Counted from the whole stretch's first letter, positions 41,757-55,560 are shown. The stretch: 64,000 nucleotides of DNA, filler included, from Octopus bimaculoides (GCF_001194135.2; 7 parts of 7 records of this genome joined end to end with filler, not necessarily neighbours in it), one strand, 5' to 3'. The notes: generated by a model not told the origin, from the letters alone. Made by a program: numbers and translations.

Positions 41757-42140
41757 ATAAGAAAAGTCATGACAACATAGCAACGATTGTCCATTGGACA
41801 CTTTGCAACAAGTATGGACTTGACAGAGCAAAAAAGTAGTACGAACATAAAACCTAAGACAACATAATAATACAGAGTATTTGAGCGGTTCCAAACAGTG
41901 CTGTTCTTTTTCTGCAGTGCTGTTGCCACCCCAGAAGTACGTGGAACAAATAGGGGTTGCAATAAGGGTGGAGCACTTGCAGAAAACAGCACTGCTTGGA
42001 ACCGCTCGAATACTCCGGAAGGTGCTCGAAAAATAAGAGGTGTTACCTTAGTTAACTGGCAGTGAACCGCTGACACTGTAATACATCTCCAGTGTTAGAA
42101 GTTCTGCGAAGGCAATAAAAACAACAACAACAATAATAAT
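41757..42140 (+). mobile_element. R4/Dong-like LINE 3' fragment with a fold-back rearrangement; (CAA)n(TAA)n tail
   Basis: SHDNIATIVHWTLCNKYGLDRAKK and QKTALLGTARILRKVLEK* (stop 42034-42036); the endonuclease core between them is replaced by an inverted copy of the C-terminal coding segment. Confidence 0.8.
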
Positions 42141-42677
42141 TGCCCTGATGCAGTACCAGACAGTCACTCTCATGGCTTCTATTCTTAACTGATTGGAAGT
42201 TTCTTCATGTACATTGTTTTTTCTTGGTATAAAAGATGGTTACAACAAATATTCTGCTCAATACCACAGATCTGCTTGTCAGTTGTTTGACCTTAACCAG
42301 TGGAACATGTCCCTTAGGAACTGTCAATACGTTCATCTCTGATCGCGAGAACAAATAGTGAGGGAGCATCAAAGACATGTGTCGAGAAAAATTCTTTGGG
42401 ATTTGGATAATTTTAATCTGTAAACATGTGTGTTTCATTAAAAATCCTTAAACAACCTTTTGAGCGGGATTGGCTACCCGTCTTGAAGAAAATTCCAACT
42501 GGGCCTCACCTGCAAGGTCATGCGCTGTTTATTTTCATATGAGATCATCATGTCGCGCACATATGATTGTGATACACGTGCCTACTGTACCCTTATAAGA
42601 CGAGTAGTCATGATGGGTATACTGGGCTTCATATATTTCACCCTAATGTCACTTTGATACATGCACTGGTCTCTTAC
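42141..42677 (+). mobile_element. ~540-bp non-coding (TAA)n-tailed element, full-length copy
   Basis: Starts TGCCCTGATGCAGTACC, ends ..GCACTGGTCTCTTAC then (TAA)n; homologous to 44139-44608 and to the reverse complement of 61044-61624. Confidence 0.8.
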
Positions 42678-42743
<66 letters not shown>

Positions 42744-42746
<3 letters not shown>

Positions 42747-44031
42747 CATCTCATTTACATGGATGATTTAAAGCTCTTTGCAAAAAATGACCAACAACTC
42801 AAAGGCCTACTAGCGATTGTTAAACAATTCAGTGATGACATCAGGATGCAATTTGGCCTTGATAAATGTGCAAAAGCTACCTTTATCAAAGGAAAAATGA
42901 CAAATACATCTAATGTGAACCTTGACCAGCAAAATGTCATAAAAGAGTTAGAACCAGCGGAGAGCTACAAATACCTAGGGGTAATTGAAGGGGACAATAT
43001 CAAGCACTCAGTGATGAGGGAAAGGATCAGAAGAGAATGTTATCGCAGGGTGAGAGCAATACNNNNNNNNNNNNNNNNNNNNNNNNNNNNNNNNNNNNNN
43101 NNNNNNNNNNNNNNNNNNNNNNNNNNNNNNNNNNNNNNNNNNNNNNNNNNNNNNNNNNNNNNNNNNNNNNNNNNNNNNNNNNNNNNNNNNNNNNNNNNNN
43201 NNNNNNNNNNNNNNNNNNNNNNNNNNNNNNNNNNNNNNNNNNNNNNNNNNNNNNNNNNNNNNNNNNNNNNNNNNNNNNNNNNNNNNNNNNNNNNNNNNNN
43301 NNNNNNNNNNNNNNNNNNNNNNNNNNNNNNNNNNNNNNNNNNNNNNNNNNNNNNNNNNNNNNNNNNNNNNNNNNNNNNNNNNNNNNNNNNNNNNNNNNNN
43401 NNNNNNNNNNNNNNNNNNNNNNNNNNNNNNNNNNNNNNNNNNNNNNNNNNNNNNNNNNNNNNNNNNNNNNNNNNNNNNNNNNNNNNNNNNNNNNNNNNNN
43501 NNNNNNNNNNNNNNNNNNNNNNNNNNNNNNNNNNNNNNNNNNNNNNNNNNNNNNNNNNNNNNNNNNNNNNNNNNNNNNNNNNNNNNNNNNNNNNNNNNNN
43601 NNNNNNNNNNNNNNNNNNNNNNNNNNNNNNNNNNNNNNNNNNNNNNNNNNNNNNNNNNNNNNNNNNNNNNNNNNNNNNNNNNNNNNNNNNNNNNNNNNNN
43701 NNNNNNNNNNNNNNNNNNNNNNNNNNNNNNNNNNNNNNNNNNNNNNNNNNNNNNNNNNNNNNNNNNNNNNNNNNNNNNNNNNNNNNNNNNNNNNNNNNNN
43801 NNNNNNNNNNNNNNNNNNNNNNNNNNNNNNNNNNNNNNNNNNNNNNNNNNNNNNNNNNNNNNNNNNNNNNNNNNNNNNNNNNNNNNNNNNNNNNNNNNNN
43901 NNNNNNNNNNNNNNNNNNNNNNNNNNNNNNNNNNNNNNNNNNNNNNNNNNNNNNNNNNNNNNNNNNNNNNNNNNNNNNNNNNNNNNNNNNNNNNNNNNNN
44001 NNNNNNAAATGCAAAACAAAAGTCAAACATA
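42744..44031 (+). mobile_element. 5'-truncated R4/Dong-like LINE between two (TAA)n tracts; middle lost in a 945-N gap
   Basis: (TAA)n 42678-42743 runs directly into NHLIYMDDLKLFAKND..FGLDKCAK..YKYLGVIEGD..ECYRRVRAI; after the gap ..CAAAAGTCAAACATAAA then (TAA)n 44033-44137. Confidence 0.85.
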
Positions 44032-44032
44032 A

Positions 44033-44138
<106 letters not shown>

Positions 44139-44608
44139 TGGTATAAAAGATGGGCTACAGCAAGCATTCTGCTCAGTACCACGGATTTGCTCCTCAGTTG
44201 CCTGATCTTAACCAGTTGGGCTTGTCCCTTAGTGGCTGACGATATATGCGTCTCTGATCACGAGCAGAAGTTGTGAGGGAGCATCATAGCTATGTGTTGA
44301 GAAGAATTCTTGGGCGTTTGGACTATTCACTTTTGGAAACATTTTTATTTAGTTTATCATCCTTAAACAAACCTTATTCAGGGACCTTTTGAGAGGATGG
44401 ACTACTCGACCTGAAGAAAATTCTAACTGGACCCCACCTGCAAGGTCATGTGTTGTTTATCTTCTTATGAGATCACCATGTCGCTCACATATGGTTGTGA
44501 TGCATATGCCTGGTGTACCCTTATCAGACGGGTAGTCACGATGGGTATACTGGGCTTCGTATATTTCACCCCAGTGTCAGTTTGTTGGCATTCACTGCTC
44601 TCTCACTC
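44139..44608 (+). mobile_element. 5'-truncated copy of the (TAA)n-tailed non-coding element
   Basis: Begins TGGTATAAAAGATGGG (internal to the full copy) just after (TAA)n; ends CTCTCTCACTC-AATAATAATAA. Confidence 0.8.
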
Positions 44609-45334
44609 AATAATAATAACAGTCATACTGTAACATTTCATTCTTCACCTGCCCTAGGGCGCAGCGTGTGTCTCGGCAAGTGATTGCAACAAACATGCAA
44701 ATTAAAAGTTAACAACAACATCACCCACAATAATCGAAAATGATGCATGGAGGCATTCATTTTCAACACCCAGAAAGAAGTTTTGAGAACCAGTACATGA
44801 AGTTCCAAAGAAGGTAGTGTCTAAGGATATCCTGTTCGCTTATTATTCCTCCATTGACAATTAGACAAGAAAACAATATTGATTCTCCTAAAGAACAACT
44901 GAGCCCTCTCTGTACCGACTGAGAGCCAATAGCTTGTTTACCAGTGACAAGCAAAGCCTTTATGCCTATAGACTATAAAGGGCTAGTTGCTCATCTGGAA
45001 TCTAACGATAGATTTCAGTAGGAACAGAAGTAAATATCAATAGGGGGACGTATGTCTGTTAAGACAAGCTACTTGTGAATTCGGTGATTATTGAAAATAG
45101 CATGAATAAAAATACAAACCTTACCGTGGTATGGTTTCTTATTGAAAAACATTTAATTGCATAGCACAGTGTTATGTATTAGAGGCACAACTTATAAATA
45201 AAACAGCTCTAATGCTATGGCAGTATATCAGCTATGGCATGTCAAAATGGACAACAGTTATTTCACTGCAAGTTACTACTTCTGAAAGCCAATATATAAT
45301 AAAACGGTTTTCGGTTCATAAAAATGTCATTATC

Positions 45335-46790
45335 CAGAAACCTCTTCTCCTCTCTACGCTTATGCCAAACAGATTTGGTGAATGGAATGACCAATGGTTA
45401 TAAACACCGTGAACAAATTATAAACCATCTCGTCTATATGGATGATTTAAAACTGCTTTCACCAGACAACGCCCAGCTTGATAATCTACTAAAACTTTCC
45501 ATGAATTCAGTCGGATATCAAAATAAGCACGAGACTATTGAAATGTATCAGACTTACTCCCCGAAGGAGCAAACTAATATATTATAAACTGTGAACATAA
45601 AATTAGATCAAGACACTGACACTAGAGAATTAGAATAACACTACCAAGACAAATACGTAAGAGTAGATGAATCTGATAAGATATAACGTATAGAAATGAA
45701 GGGTAGCATTAGAAAAGATTACTAAAATGAGTTAGTCAAATATCCGAAACAAAGCTCAATGCTAGAAATATTATATTCAGAGCGATAGGTGTAAATACAT
45801 TTTTTATTGTCATACTCAATCTACAGCTTCAATGAATGAAATGAAACTGTAGTGAAATAAAAGGTAGAAAACGCCTCGTTGAGCTCTGAAATCACCATAA
45901 AAGAGCCAATATAGATAGGATATATTAACCTCTTCACAAAGAACAGATATCAACAAATAGTGTATCTATTACAAGATATCAAATACGGGTCAAGAAAAAT
46001 TCTTGTAAATTCTATGTAAAAAATTCTTGTAAATTCTATGTAAAGTTAACTAGATTTCGATAATGACTGAATATGAAGAAAAAAATGTTTCGCTACATTT
46101 AAACAGACTATAAAGCACGAACTGGATGTGAAAAAGTGTAAAACAATAGAAAATCTGACAAGAGAAAAATAATAAAGTAAAATAGAAAATCATTCCCTAA
46201 ATGTATTACAGAACGAAAGTGAGAGAAAAGTCACTCTATAGACAATATCAAGCAAGATTTGCTTCAGACAAAGTGAAAGCGGAAGCCAACAATGGCCCAA
46301 TGTCTGGGCTGAATTATACGAGTTCTACACAGTTGCTGCCCAATAATATAACACAACCCATACAGGATAAATTCTACGTGATCACTACCCAACACTAAAA
46401 CATTGATACAGCTGACGCAACTAATACCCTAGTACTCTAGCAATCACTGTGCACCCCTCTTTCATACAACATATGTGAAACTCAGTCATTAACTGTCACT
46501 AACACACCACAAAGCTCACGCAAAACACACTCACAATATAACAAAAAATAACACCGACTCATATGGCACATTCTCATTTACAACAAATAGACGATGCATC
46601 AGAAACAACAAAAACCTTTAGATGAAAGCAATGTAAATGCAACATACAAATCCCATCCCAAACCTGCAAAAAGACAATGCTGCATAGAGCATAGGAATAC
46701 TCAGGTGTACTCCATGGCGTAGGAGAATCACGCTTAACATTGTTGTAAACGTAATAATAATAATAATAATTATCATTATTATTATTATAA
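45335..46790 (+). mobile_element. Older, decayed R4/Dong-like LINE ending in (TAA)n
   Basis: INHLVYMDDLKLLSPDNAQLDNLLK; later TVAAQ and a C-terminal NLQK-like remnant; (TAA)n at 46752-46770. Confidence 0.7.
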
Positions 46791-49360
46791 TGATGACGAT
46801 GAAAGAAAGAAAACATAAGAGAAACTAAAACATAAGAACAAAAATACGAACGAAAACAAAAGAATTGCAACAAAAGACGTGCTTGAAATAAGAAGATAAA
46901 AATGCTAGATGCTTCTGGAATTTGGCGAATCTCATTCTAAAAACTCATTCCTTTCAAGTGTATTTATATTGAGTTATATTATAGACAATGAGTTGATCTG
47001 AAGCGGTTGCCATAGAGAAATATCTAAAGGCACGTCATTTAGTATCTGGAGGTGCAATTCGACTTGTCACGTCTTTCTTAACATCACATATGGACATTTG
47101 GCTGTTTGTGTTTAATTGAAATAACGTCTGCGGTTTCACTTTCTGTTATTATTCAATAATGTGAATAATATTTAAATGTTCATGTCTCTTCTGAAGAGCG
47201 TAAATAGCGTCTATGAATAGCATCCGTAGGTGAATTTTGACTAGCATATGGAAGTGAATGTTGGCTGGCATCTTGAGGGGAATTTTGAATCGGTAAGATT
47301 TTTGTCTATGTTTTTATAGCACCAGAAACATAAAAGAAAAAAATACAAATATTTAATTTGATGTTGTTGTTTAACCCTAAGTTAGAGCTAATCAAACAGG
47401 TCTATGATCAAAGCTGTTATTACAGTGGCCATTCCATCCATTATGATTTGTATATCCATGATTCTACTATCAAATATTTTCTTACCGCTGTTATAGTCGG
47501 GATTTATACTTGAGAGCATTTGCAAGTAAAAGACAAATAAATTTCCCTTGACTTGTAATTAAAATAGAAATTAAAAAAACATTTACCTTTAATAAACTCA
47601 TAAGTTTCTTTTTCTAAATTATAACAAGCATCTTAGGGTTCGTCTTTTTCTTTCATACAAAGATCTTTGTTCGTCATTGATACGACTTACTGAAGAACTT
47701 AATAATTTATTTCCTCAAAGTGTATGTCAGCCATAATAACCTCTCACAGCAAATCTTGTTTCGAGCTATACCTGCAGAAATGCTCCTGCTTACGGCCACA
47801 AACTATCGAAACGTTATTCAAATATATAATCCCTAGCCAGTAATATGCAAATGTATAAATTCTGTGCCTATTACTCGTGGCAATTTTGATATGTAGCTGT
47901 TAGAATACAACGAAATGGTAGAATTAGTGACATCATTAGATTACTTGAGAAATTAAAGTTAAAATATTAATCAATCAGAAATATAGAATTTTTGGTATTT
48001 GTAGGCCTTTAACAGACGGGTGAATCGATACAGTTAGTATTAAACATTTTCGTATATTGTTTTTCATATGGCTTTTAATTTGAAAGTCTATTACGGACTG
48101 CTTTGCCTTTCGGCATATGAGCTTCTATAAAATGAAAGGTGCACTGTGCCTATGTAAGAAATGACTATCCACACTGAAATGTACCTAGAAACAGAATAGT
48201 CACGTGAGTAAGATTTGCATTGCGAGCGGCTTGCTCTTGGATCGAGAGTTCAAATGAGACACAAATGCGTTGTGTAATCTAAGAAAATGTTTATTATTTC
48301 AATGTTGTCTTATTTTACCAAGCTAGATATATATTGGTATTTGGTCATGTACGAGAAAATAACACTAATGAGAAGGTGCCTCATTTATTTTGTCTACGGA
48401 AACAGAAGCCGAGAAGAAATAAAATATTGCAATAGAATCATTGACAATGCTAACTTAATAAAAGATTGGGAGACTATGCAATCAACAGAAAGAAACAATT
48501 GACCACAACAGTTGTGACTGTCTAGAAGAATGTTCTTTAGCCTCAGGTCAACCCTGATCAGATATGACTATGACGAGTGGTATTTTTGCCGCGTATATCT
48601 CCACTCAACTGTGATCAAATCGATCTGGGATCAAAGACATTCCGGCCTTGCCCACCCTGGGTTTTTGTGTACTAATGACATTAACAAATGTGTCCATCGT
48701 GCTCAAAGACGATTGAGTGTAATTAATAGAGTTTCAGCTCTTAGTTTTACAATTTCAAGAGACCATGTATTGGCTTCTGTACTGGCTTGTGTAATATATC
48801 TCTCATTGGCTGTGGAGACTACAGAAACATTAGATTTCCAAATAGAGTGTAAAAACAACATTATATTTTCTCACTCATTTTTTGAAGCTGAAAGACTGAT
48901 GCCCACCAATTTACCCATAATGCATCCAGACTTGATAAAATAAACATTAGTAAAATAATGGGGGTTTCTAGATGAACTAATTCCCTATACATTAACAATC
49001 TGTCTTATATGACAAAAAAATGTCTGGCAATGGTAAAAGTGCTAAATAAACTGCGACTACATTCTGCGCATAATTATTTTTACTATTTGTGCATATTGAC
49101 GATTTCACTTGGCATGCCAATGCATGTATATGTAACAAAAATGAATATTGAGTAATAATTATATATAAAGAGGTGAACCGCCGTATTGTGTTAATGCATT
49201 TGAAATAATCTCTAAGATAAGTACAACGTATGTGTTTGTGAATCTCTATTTAATACTTAAATTACAATACAAAAAAGAATTATCACTCTTAAGAATAGTA
49301 TGCATATTTTTTTTATATTAGTAATATACCTGTTGATATATATATATATATATATATATA

Positions 49361-49966
49361 TCAGTAGTTCTTTGACTGCTATTTCTAAATTTTCAGTATG
49401 TTGGTGAAGCATCTCATGCTAAGCCCTATATATTTATGATTATAAATGGTCTTACCGATAAAGGTTTTTTTCATACTGAACTACTTGGCAAAATTGTTAA
49501 TTATTAATTTTATTACTAATTGGCAATTCCCTGCCCTATATCTGTATATTTATATTGATGTCTCTTATTGGATGGTTAAACTGTAACCCTTTTATACGGG
49601 ACTTTTTATGCGGGACTATTTGTGGCGCACATGGAATAGATTCTTGGAGTGAAGTGTTTGAACTTACTAGCCGATAAATTTTGTGAGTGCCTTTCTCATG
49701 TGTTTTTGATGTCGCATGGTCAAATTCCCATGAGTATATAGACACTTTCAAATTTATCGAACACCATGCTGATGATGGTTAACTAAAGGCAGGTTTGTTT
49801 TTGCTTTTCTCTTCTGTTTGTGTTTTGTGTGTGCCATAAATATCGCCATCTGTTAGAGAAAAATTTGTAGTTTGGAATCAGTAGTTCTTTGACTGCTATT
49901 TCTAAATTTTCAGTATGTTGGTGAAGCATCTCATGCTAAGCCCTATATATTTATGATTATATATAT

Positions 49967-50004
<38 letters not shown>

Positions 50005-50195
50005 GCACACACACATATATATATATTACAAATTAAAAGGGTAAAGGATTATCAATTTATTAATTCAGTAATAAATCAACAATTAATAATTAATAATTTT
50101 TACCAAGCCCATCGGTATGTAAGCACCATTATTGGTGGAGAACTTATTTAAAAGCTCATATATATTTATAAACATAATTAAGGGATCAGCAAATA
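49361..50195. mobile_element. Cluster of three pieces of the long-TIR MITE family also seen at 7424-7637
   Basis: Core repeated directly at 49361-49440 and 49879-49960; TIR arm at 49430-49538 and its diverged reverse complement at 50036-50180. Confidence 0.55.
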
Positions 50196-50997
50196 TTTGC
50201 TGATCCCTTAATTATNNNNNNNNNNNNNNNNNNNNNNNNNNNNNNNNNNNNNNNNNNNNNNNNNNNNNNNNNNNNNNNNNNNNNNNNNNNNNNNNNNNNN
50301 NNNNNNNNNNNNNNNNNNNNNNNNNNNNNNNNNNNNNNNNNNNNNNNNNNNNNNNNNNNNNNNNNNNNNNNNNNNNNNNNNNNNNNNNNNNNNNNNNNNN
50401 NNNNNNNNNNNNNNNNNNNNNNNNNNNNNNNNNNNNNNNNNNNNNNNNNNNNNNNNNNNNNNNNNNNNNNNNNNNNNNNNNNNNNNNNNNNNNNNNNNNN
50501 NNNNNNNNNNNNNNNNNNNNNNNNNNNNNNNNNNNNNNNNNNNNNNNNNNNNNNNNNNNNNNNNNNNNNNNNNNNNNNNNNNNNNNNNNNNNNNNNNNNN
50601 NNNNNNNNNNNNNNNNNNNNNNNNNNNNNNNNNNNNNNNNNNNNNNNNNNNNNNNNNNNNNNNNNNNNNNNNNNNNNNNNNNNNNNNNNNNNNNNNNNNN
50701 NNNNNNNNNNNNNNNNNNNNNNNNNNNNNNNNNNNNNNNNNNNNNNNNNNNNNNNNNNNNNNNNNNNNNNNNNNNNNNNNNNNNNNNNNNNNNNNNNNNN
50801 NNNNNNNNNNNNNNNNNNNNNNNNNNNNNNNNNNNNNNNNNNNNNNNNNNNNNNNNNNNNNNNNNNNNNNNNNNNNNNNNNNNNNNNNNNNNNNNNNNNN
50901 NNNNNNNNNNNNNNNNNNNNNNNNNNNNNNNNNNNNNNNNNNNNNNNNNNNNNNNNNNNNNNNNNNNNNNNNNNNNNNNNNNNNNNNNNNNNNNNNN

Positions 50998-51049
<52 letters not shown>

Positions 51050-51354
51050 ACATAACGAAATAAAAATTTATTGCATATTATCTTTTCTAAACACAAATTA
51101 AAGTCTACTACCTAAGGTCTATTTCATTAATGATAGAAATAAGGCCGAGATGTAACATTGGAATCTTAAAGTAAATGAAGGGAAATGTAAATTATATAAT
51201 CATAAAGAAAATTTAAATAATTTAAATATAAATAACCGCCATTTTTAACGACAAAACTGTTTTAGCATTATATATACATATACACATGCATAGTCATGTC
51301 TTTTATATATGCATGTATACATACATACCCACATCTATGCATGCATACATATAC

Positions 51355-51385
<31 letters not shown>

Positions 51386-51775
51386 TGTATGTATGTATTT
51401 ATGTATGTATGTATGTATGTATGTATATACGTATGTATGTAAGTGTGCGTGTGTATTTATTTATCTTATAAATATATCGTCGACAGATGTTTTGTCGAGT
51501 CCGCGTGATTTCAATTTCCTGCTGACTGAGCAGTTCCTCTACGTCGATGGTTTTGGTGGCTGAAAAAACAATTCTCGCGTGAAATAGACAGGAACAAAAA
51601 TTGCTACGCAAACTTGACTGAAAGCATGGTTGTTTTGTTGCCGCTTTTTTTTTTTCACATTTTCTTTAACCATTCTTTTCGACTTAAAAATACTCAGTTC
51701 GCGACCGATTTTTACGTCTGTTTATCGGCTACTTTCTCATTCTCATTCATTTGTAAATTTTTTTTTTTTGTCCCC

Positions 51776-53870
51776 ATGTCTCCTAAGAAAACTCACGGAA
51801 AAAGTGCTTAGCGTCATGCTATAACGCTGGAAGATAAACTAGCTATGATAAAACGCCATGAAAAAGGTGAAAGTCGTAGCAATTACACGAGCTTTTGGAA
51901 TGAGTAGCACAACTGTATCGACGATTGAACATAATGACAGGATTTTAGCACATATCGAATCTGAAGCCCCACTGATGAAGAACACTGTCATCAATAAGAA
52001 AATAGGCAAAATCTTTGAAGACATGGAAAGTCTTCTTTCTGTTTGGATTCTTAGGTTGAATCGTTAGCGTGCTAATATTAGTCAAGAAAACATTCAAGAT
52101 GACCCGAAGAAAAAATATCCAGATGAGAAAGATGTAGAGTTCAAGGTAAGTCAAGGATGATTCATGAGATTTAAGGAGCGAAGAGGTTATCACTCCATTA
52201 AAAAGCAAAGTGAAAGTACATCAGCTGACGAACAAGCAGCAGTGGAATTTCTTAATGCGTTAAAGGAAATCATCGAAGAACACGAGTTTCTTCCCGAAGA
52301 GACTTTCAACGTAAAAGAAACTGGATTGTACTGGAAAAAATTAACAGACTGTTCATTCATTTCCAAGGAGAAAACTATTCCAGGCTACAAGATCTCAAAA
52401 GAACGTGTGGTCATTATGTTGAGCGGTAATTGTGCAGGAGATTTTAATTTAAAGCCATTGACTCTGCGCCCTGAAGAACATACCCAAGACATCTCTCTCT
52501 GTTATATAGATGGCTAATTCAAAAGCATGGGTTACTGTTGTTGTTTTGAAGATTGATATTTCAATCATTTTATTACAGCAGTAGAGAAGTACTGTAAGGA
52601 AAAGGAGATTCCTGTATCTTGGATAATGTTCCTGGCCATTCGTAAAACATCGTAGATTTTGACCCCAACGTTACCGTCGTATACCTCCATCCGAACATCA
52701 CGTCTCTTCTGCAGCCAATTGATCAGGAAATGATTGATATCTTCATGACTTGCTGGGTGAAGTTCAGGGACTGTGGAGTGTTGTTATATGGGAAAAGGTT
52801 CTCATTAAAGATGAAAGGAAGGATCTATAAGATTTGTGTGAAAGCTGCAATGTGGTATGGGAGTGAGACATAGTGTCTGAGGGAGAGAGAGATGGTAATT
52901 TTGAGAGGGACTGGGAGAGCAATGATGAGAGAAATGTGTGGGGTGAAGCTGTTTGATAAGACGAGGACTGAGGATTTGATGGGAATGCTGTGGTTGGAAG
53001 AATTGGTAGAATGGTTGGCAAGGGTGAATCGAGTGAGATGGCATGGGCATGTGCTGAGGAGGGATGAAGAGCGTGTTCTGAGGAGAGTGATTGCATTTGA
53101 GGTAAATGGAGCGCGAAAGCGAGGTGGACCAAGGAAACGGTGGAGAGGAGATTGGGAGAATTGGTTTGAAAAAGGGGTACGCCCAAAACCGGACAAGATG
53201 GCGAGATGGTGTGAGGGCGGTTGCAATGTCATTGAGGTAGATCTGGCCACCCCGTTAACGGGGACAAAACCTGAATTTAAAACACTGGATGATGATGATG
53301 AAGTGTTACTACGAGAAGCGAACGCTGCGGCAAGCAATAGCTGCAACTGATCTTTTTGACATTGGAAGAGGTACGATATCTACAAGGCTGTACAGAACAT
53401 AGCAGCGGTATGGAATGATGTACAGAGCACAGCTATGAATGGTGTATGGAAGAAGCTATGCCTGCAATTTGCGAATGATTTTAAGTGGTTTGATAATGTT
53501 GCCATCAACAAAACGTTGGTGACTACAAGAAAAAAAAACTGGAAATGGGTTTGGAGGAGGAAGATTTCAGAGATTTATTTGAAAAAGACAAACAGCTCCT
53601 GACGAACGAGGATTTGATAGAGCTTCACGAGCAGCAAAATAAAGAAGAGGAAGTCGAACCTGAGCCACAACACTTTACCATTAAGAAAATGCAACAAGCA
53701 TTTGCATATATTGAAAAAGGATTTTCTATGTCCGAAGATATGGATCCAAATGCTCAACGCTTTTCCAAGATTATGGAGGCATGTCACGAAGCTTTTGCTC
53801 CTTATAATGTAATCCTTGGGGAAAAGAAGACAGTTCAAGGAACTCTCAACCGGTGTTTTTTAAGCGCATC
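51776..53870 (+). pseudogene. Tigger (TIGD1-like, pogo superfamily) transposase pseudogene interrupted by an RTE fragment
   Basis: MSPKK..RHAITLEDKLAMIKRHEKG, FGMSSTTVSTI (CENP-B HTH), FNVKETGLYWKK (cf. FNxDETGLFWK), KERVVIMLSGNCAGD, LQPIDQ, FANDFKWFD. Confidence 0.9.
52749..53300 (+). mobile_element. RTE-clade LINE 3' fragment with (GAT)n tail, nested in Tigger
   Basis: WVKFR..GKRFSLKMKGRIYKICVKAAMWYGSET, RVRWHGHVLRRDEERVLRR, RKRGGPRKRW; ATGA at both junctions (52745-52748, 53298-53301). Confidence 0.9.
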
Positions 53871-55249
53871 GAATAACAAGAACAACCAGAGTCAGATGTT
53901 GATGTTCACGATCTACAGCCATTTACACACGATCTACAGCAGATTTGTATGTTTTGTTTCATGTGTGTATTCTCATGTATATAGTTGCATATCGAGACAT
54001 ACTCATATATATTTAAATGATAAACTCATTGAAAATTTTACAGATTTTTATTCTTCCGGTGATGGATTGCATCTGTAGTCTTCGAAGTAGCTTTCTCCTT
54101 TCTGGTGTTGAGAAGCCTAATTTCTCAAGATTAGCATTTAGGCAGTGTGTTACTATGTATGTATGTATGTATGTATGCATCTTTGTACTCAGTGTGGTTG
54201 AGAAGAGTTTACCATTGAAATGACAATTAAAATTATTTTTTTTATTTTACTATTTCGTGTTTATAAATTTCTAATAGTGTCTTTGCTATTTTGTTGCGAA
54301 TTTATTTTGACCTTTTGCACTGTCATATAGGTGCGCAACTCCATTTTCCGTATGCTTTAAAGGTAATTGGCTGCTTTAAAGGTAATTCTCCATAAACATG
54401 ATGACGTTACTGGCAATAAACGACTGCAGTAACAGTTTTACTGTGTTCAGTATCCAACGATATACAACATTTTTCATGTTCCACGAGATACATAGGAAAG
54501 AGTTTAGTGGAAGAAGGATGGGGTTTGGAGTAGGCGCCACTTTCTCTTTCACTGAAAACCAATGATTTTTTTTTTTTGATGTTGTTCCCATTTTCATCAC
54601 CTGTAACAACATAGTGTAGAAACGAGAGATTGTTTTTCTAGATCAAGAAAATTCTATGCATTGAGTTCTGTTCCAAAGCGAAAGATCACAAACAGACAAA
54701 TACTTTCTTCGCATGTAACCTTTTGTGAAGCTTTCCAATGACAGAAATCTACAGGGCCCGTTGAAGATCTACTTAGGTCTGGAAAGATATAAACAGTCAC
54801 AGTGAAGCAGAGCTAACTTCTATAATCATTTCATTTTAAACAGAAGTCCACAGATTTGAAAGGAAGGCTTCATGGATGTCTACTATCTCCAACAGCTCTA
54901 TCAAAAATGTCTAAAATCAAGTGGAATGTGAATTTACTTGCTATCGGTTAAAAAATTATATGACGATGATAAATGTGAAATACTTGTGACTTGTGTACAA
55001 GTCATTGATTCAAAATGCAGTGTTACAGGATTATTTTTATAGGAAGGTAGTCCTATTCCGTAAGGAAGGCACTTCTCATGTTTTGGCATTGGCAACAAGT
55101 TTAATTGTCGAGTATGGGTTATGAGGCACATGCTACGGTTTAGGTAGTCTTCACAACACATCATGTTTGGTCACTACTACTTTAACAAAAAATATTACGA
55201 AGAATACTCACTAAGAGTTCCTGAAAAATAATGCTGTAGTATCAGACAT

Positions 55250-55560
55250 AAAGCAGAAAAAATATTCTCCACCACTATTTTACATTAAGTTGGTAGGACT
55301 CAACGTAAGAGTATCAATGTGCAGCGAATGCTTAGTGCACTCTCTCTAGAAATATGGTAGGGAAGAAATGGACTGATCTTTTGTCACTTAGAATCCCTGG
55401 TCTCAATTTCTCGGATCACTTGTTCTGGAACTGTCTTCGTGAACAGGTGTACAGATTGCAACCACGCCTCACTCAATGAGCAGCTGAAAAGGAACCGCAA
55501 TCAATAACCAACTGGCTGCTAGGAGAAACCTAATGAGGTTCTGAAAATTCATTTTCAACG
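55250..55560 (+). mobile_element. Tc1/mariner-superfamily transposase C-terminal remnant
   Basis: RIPGLNFSDHLFWNCLREQVYR resembles RSPDLNPxDFFLWGxLKxxVY. Confidence 0.55.

Noticed and set aside
50174-50215. Perfect 42-bp palindrome ATAATTAAGGGATCAGCAAAT/ATTTGCTGATCCCTTAATTAT
   Set aside because: It ends exactly at a gap edge, and the homologous copy at 7440 continues differently. Most likely a contig-end fold-back artefact.
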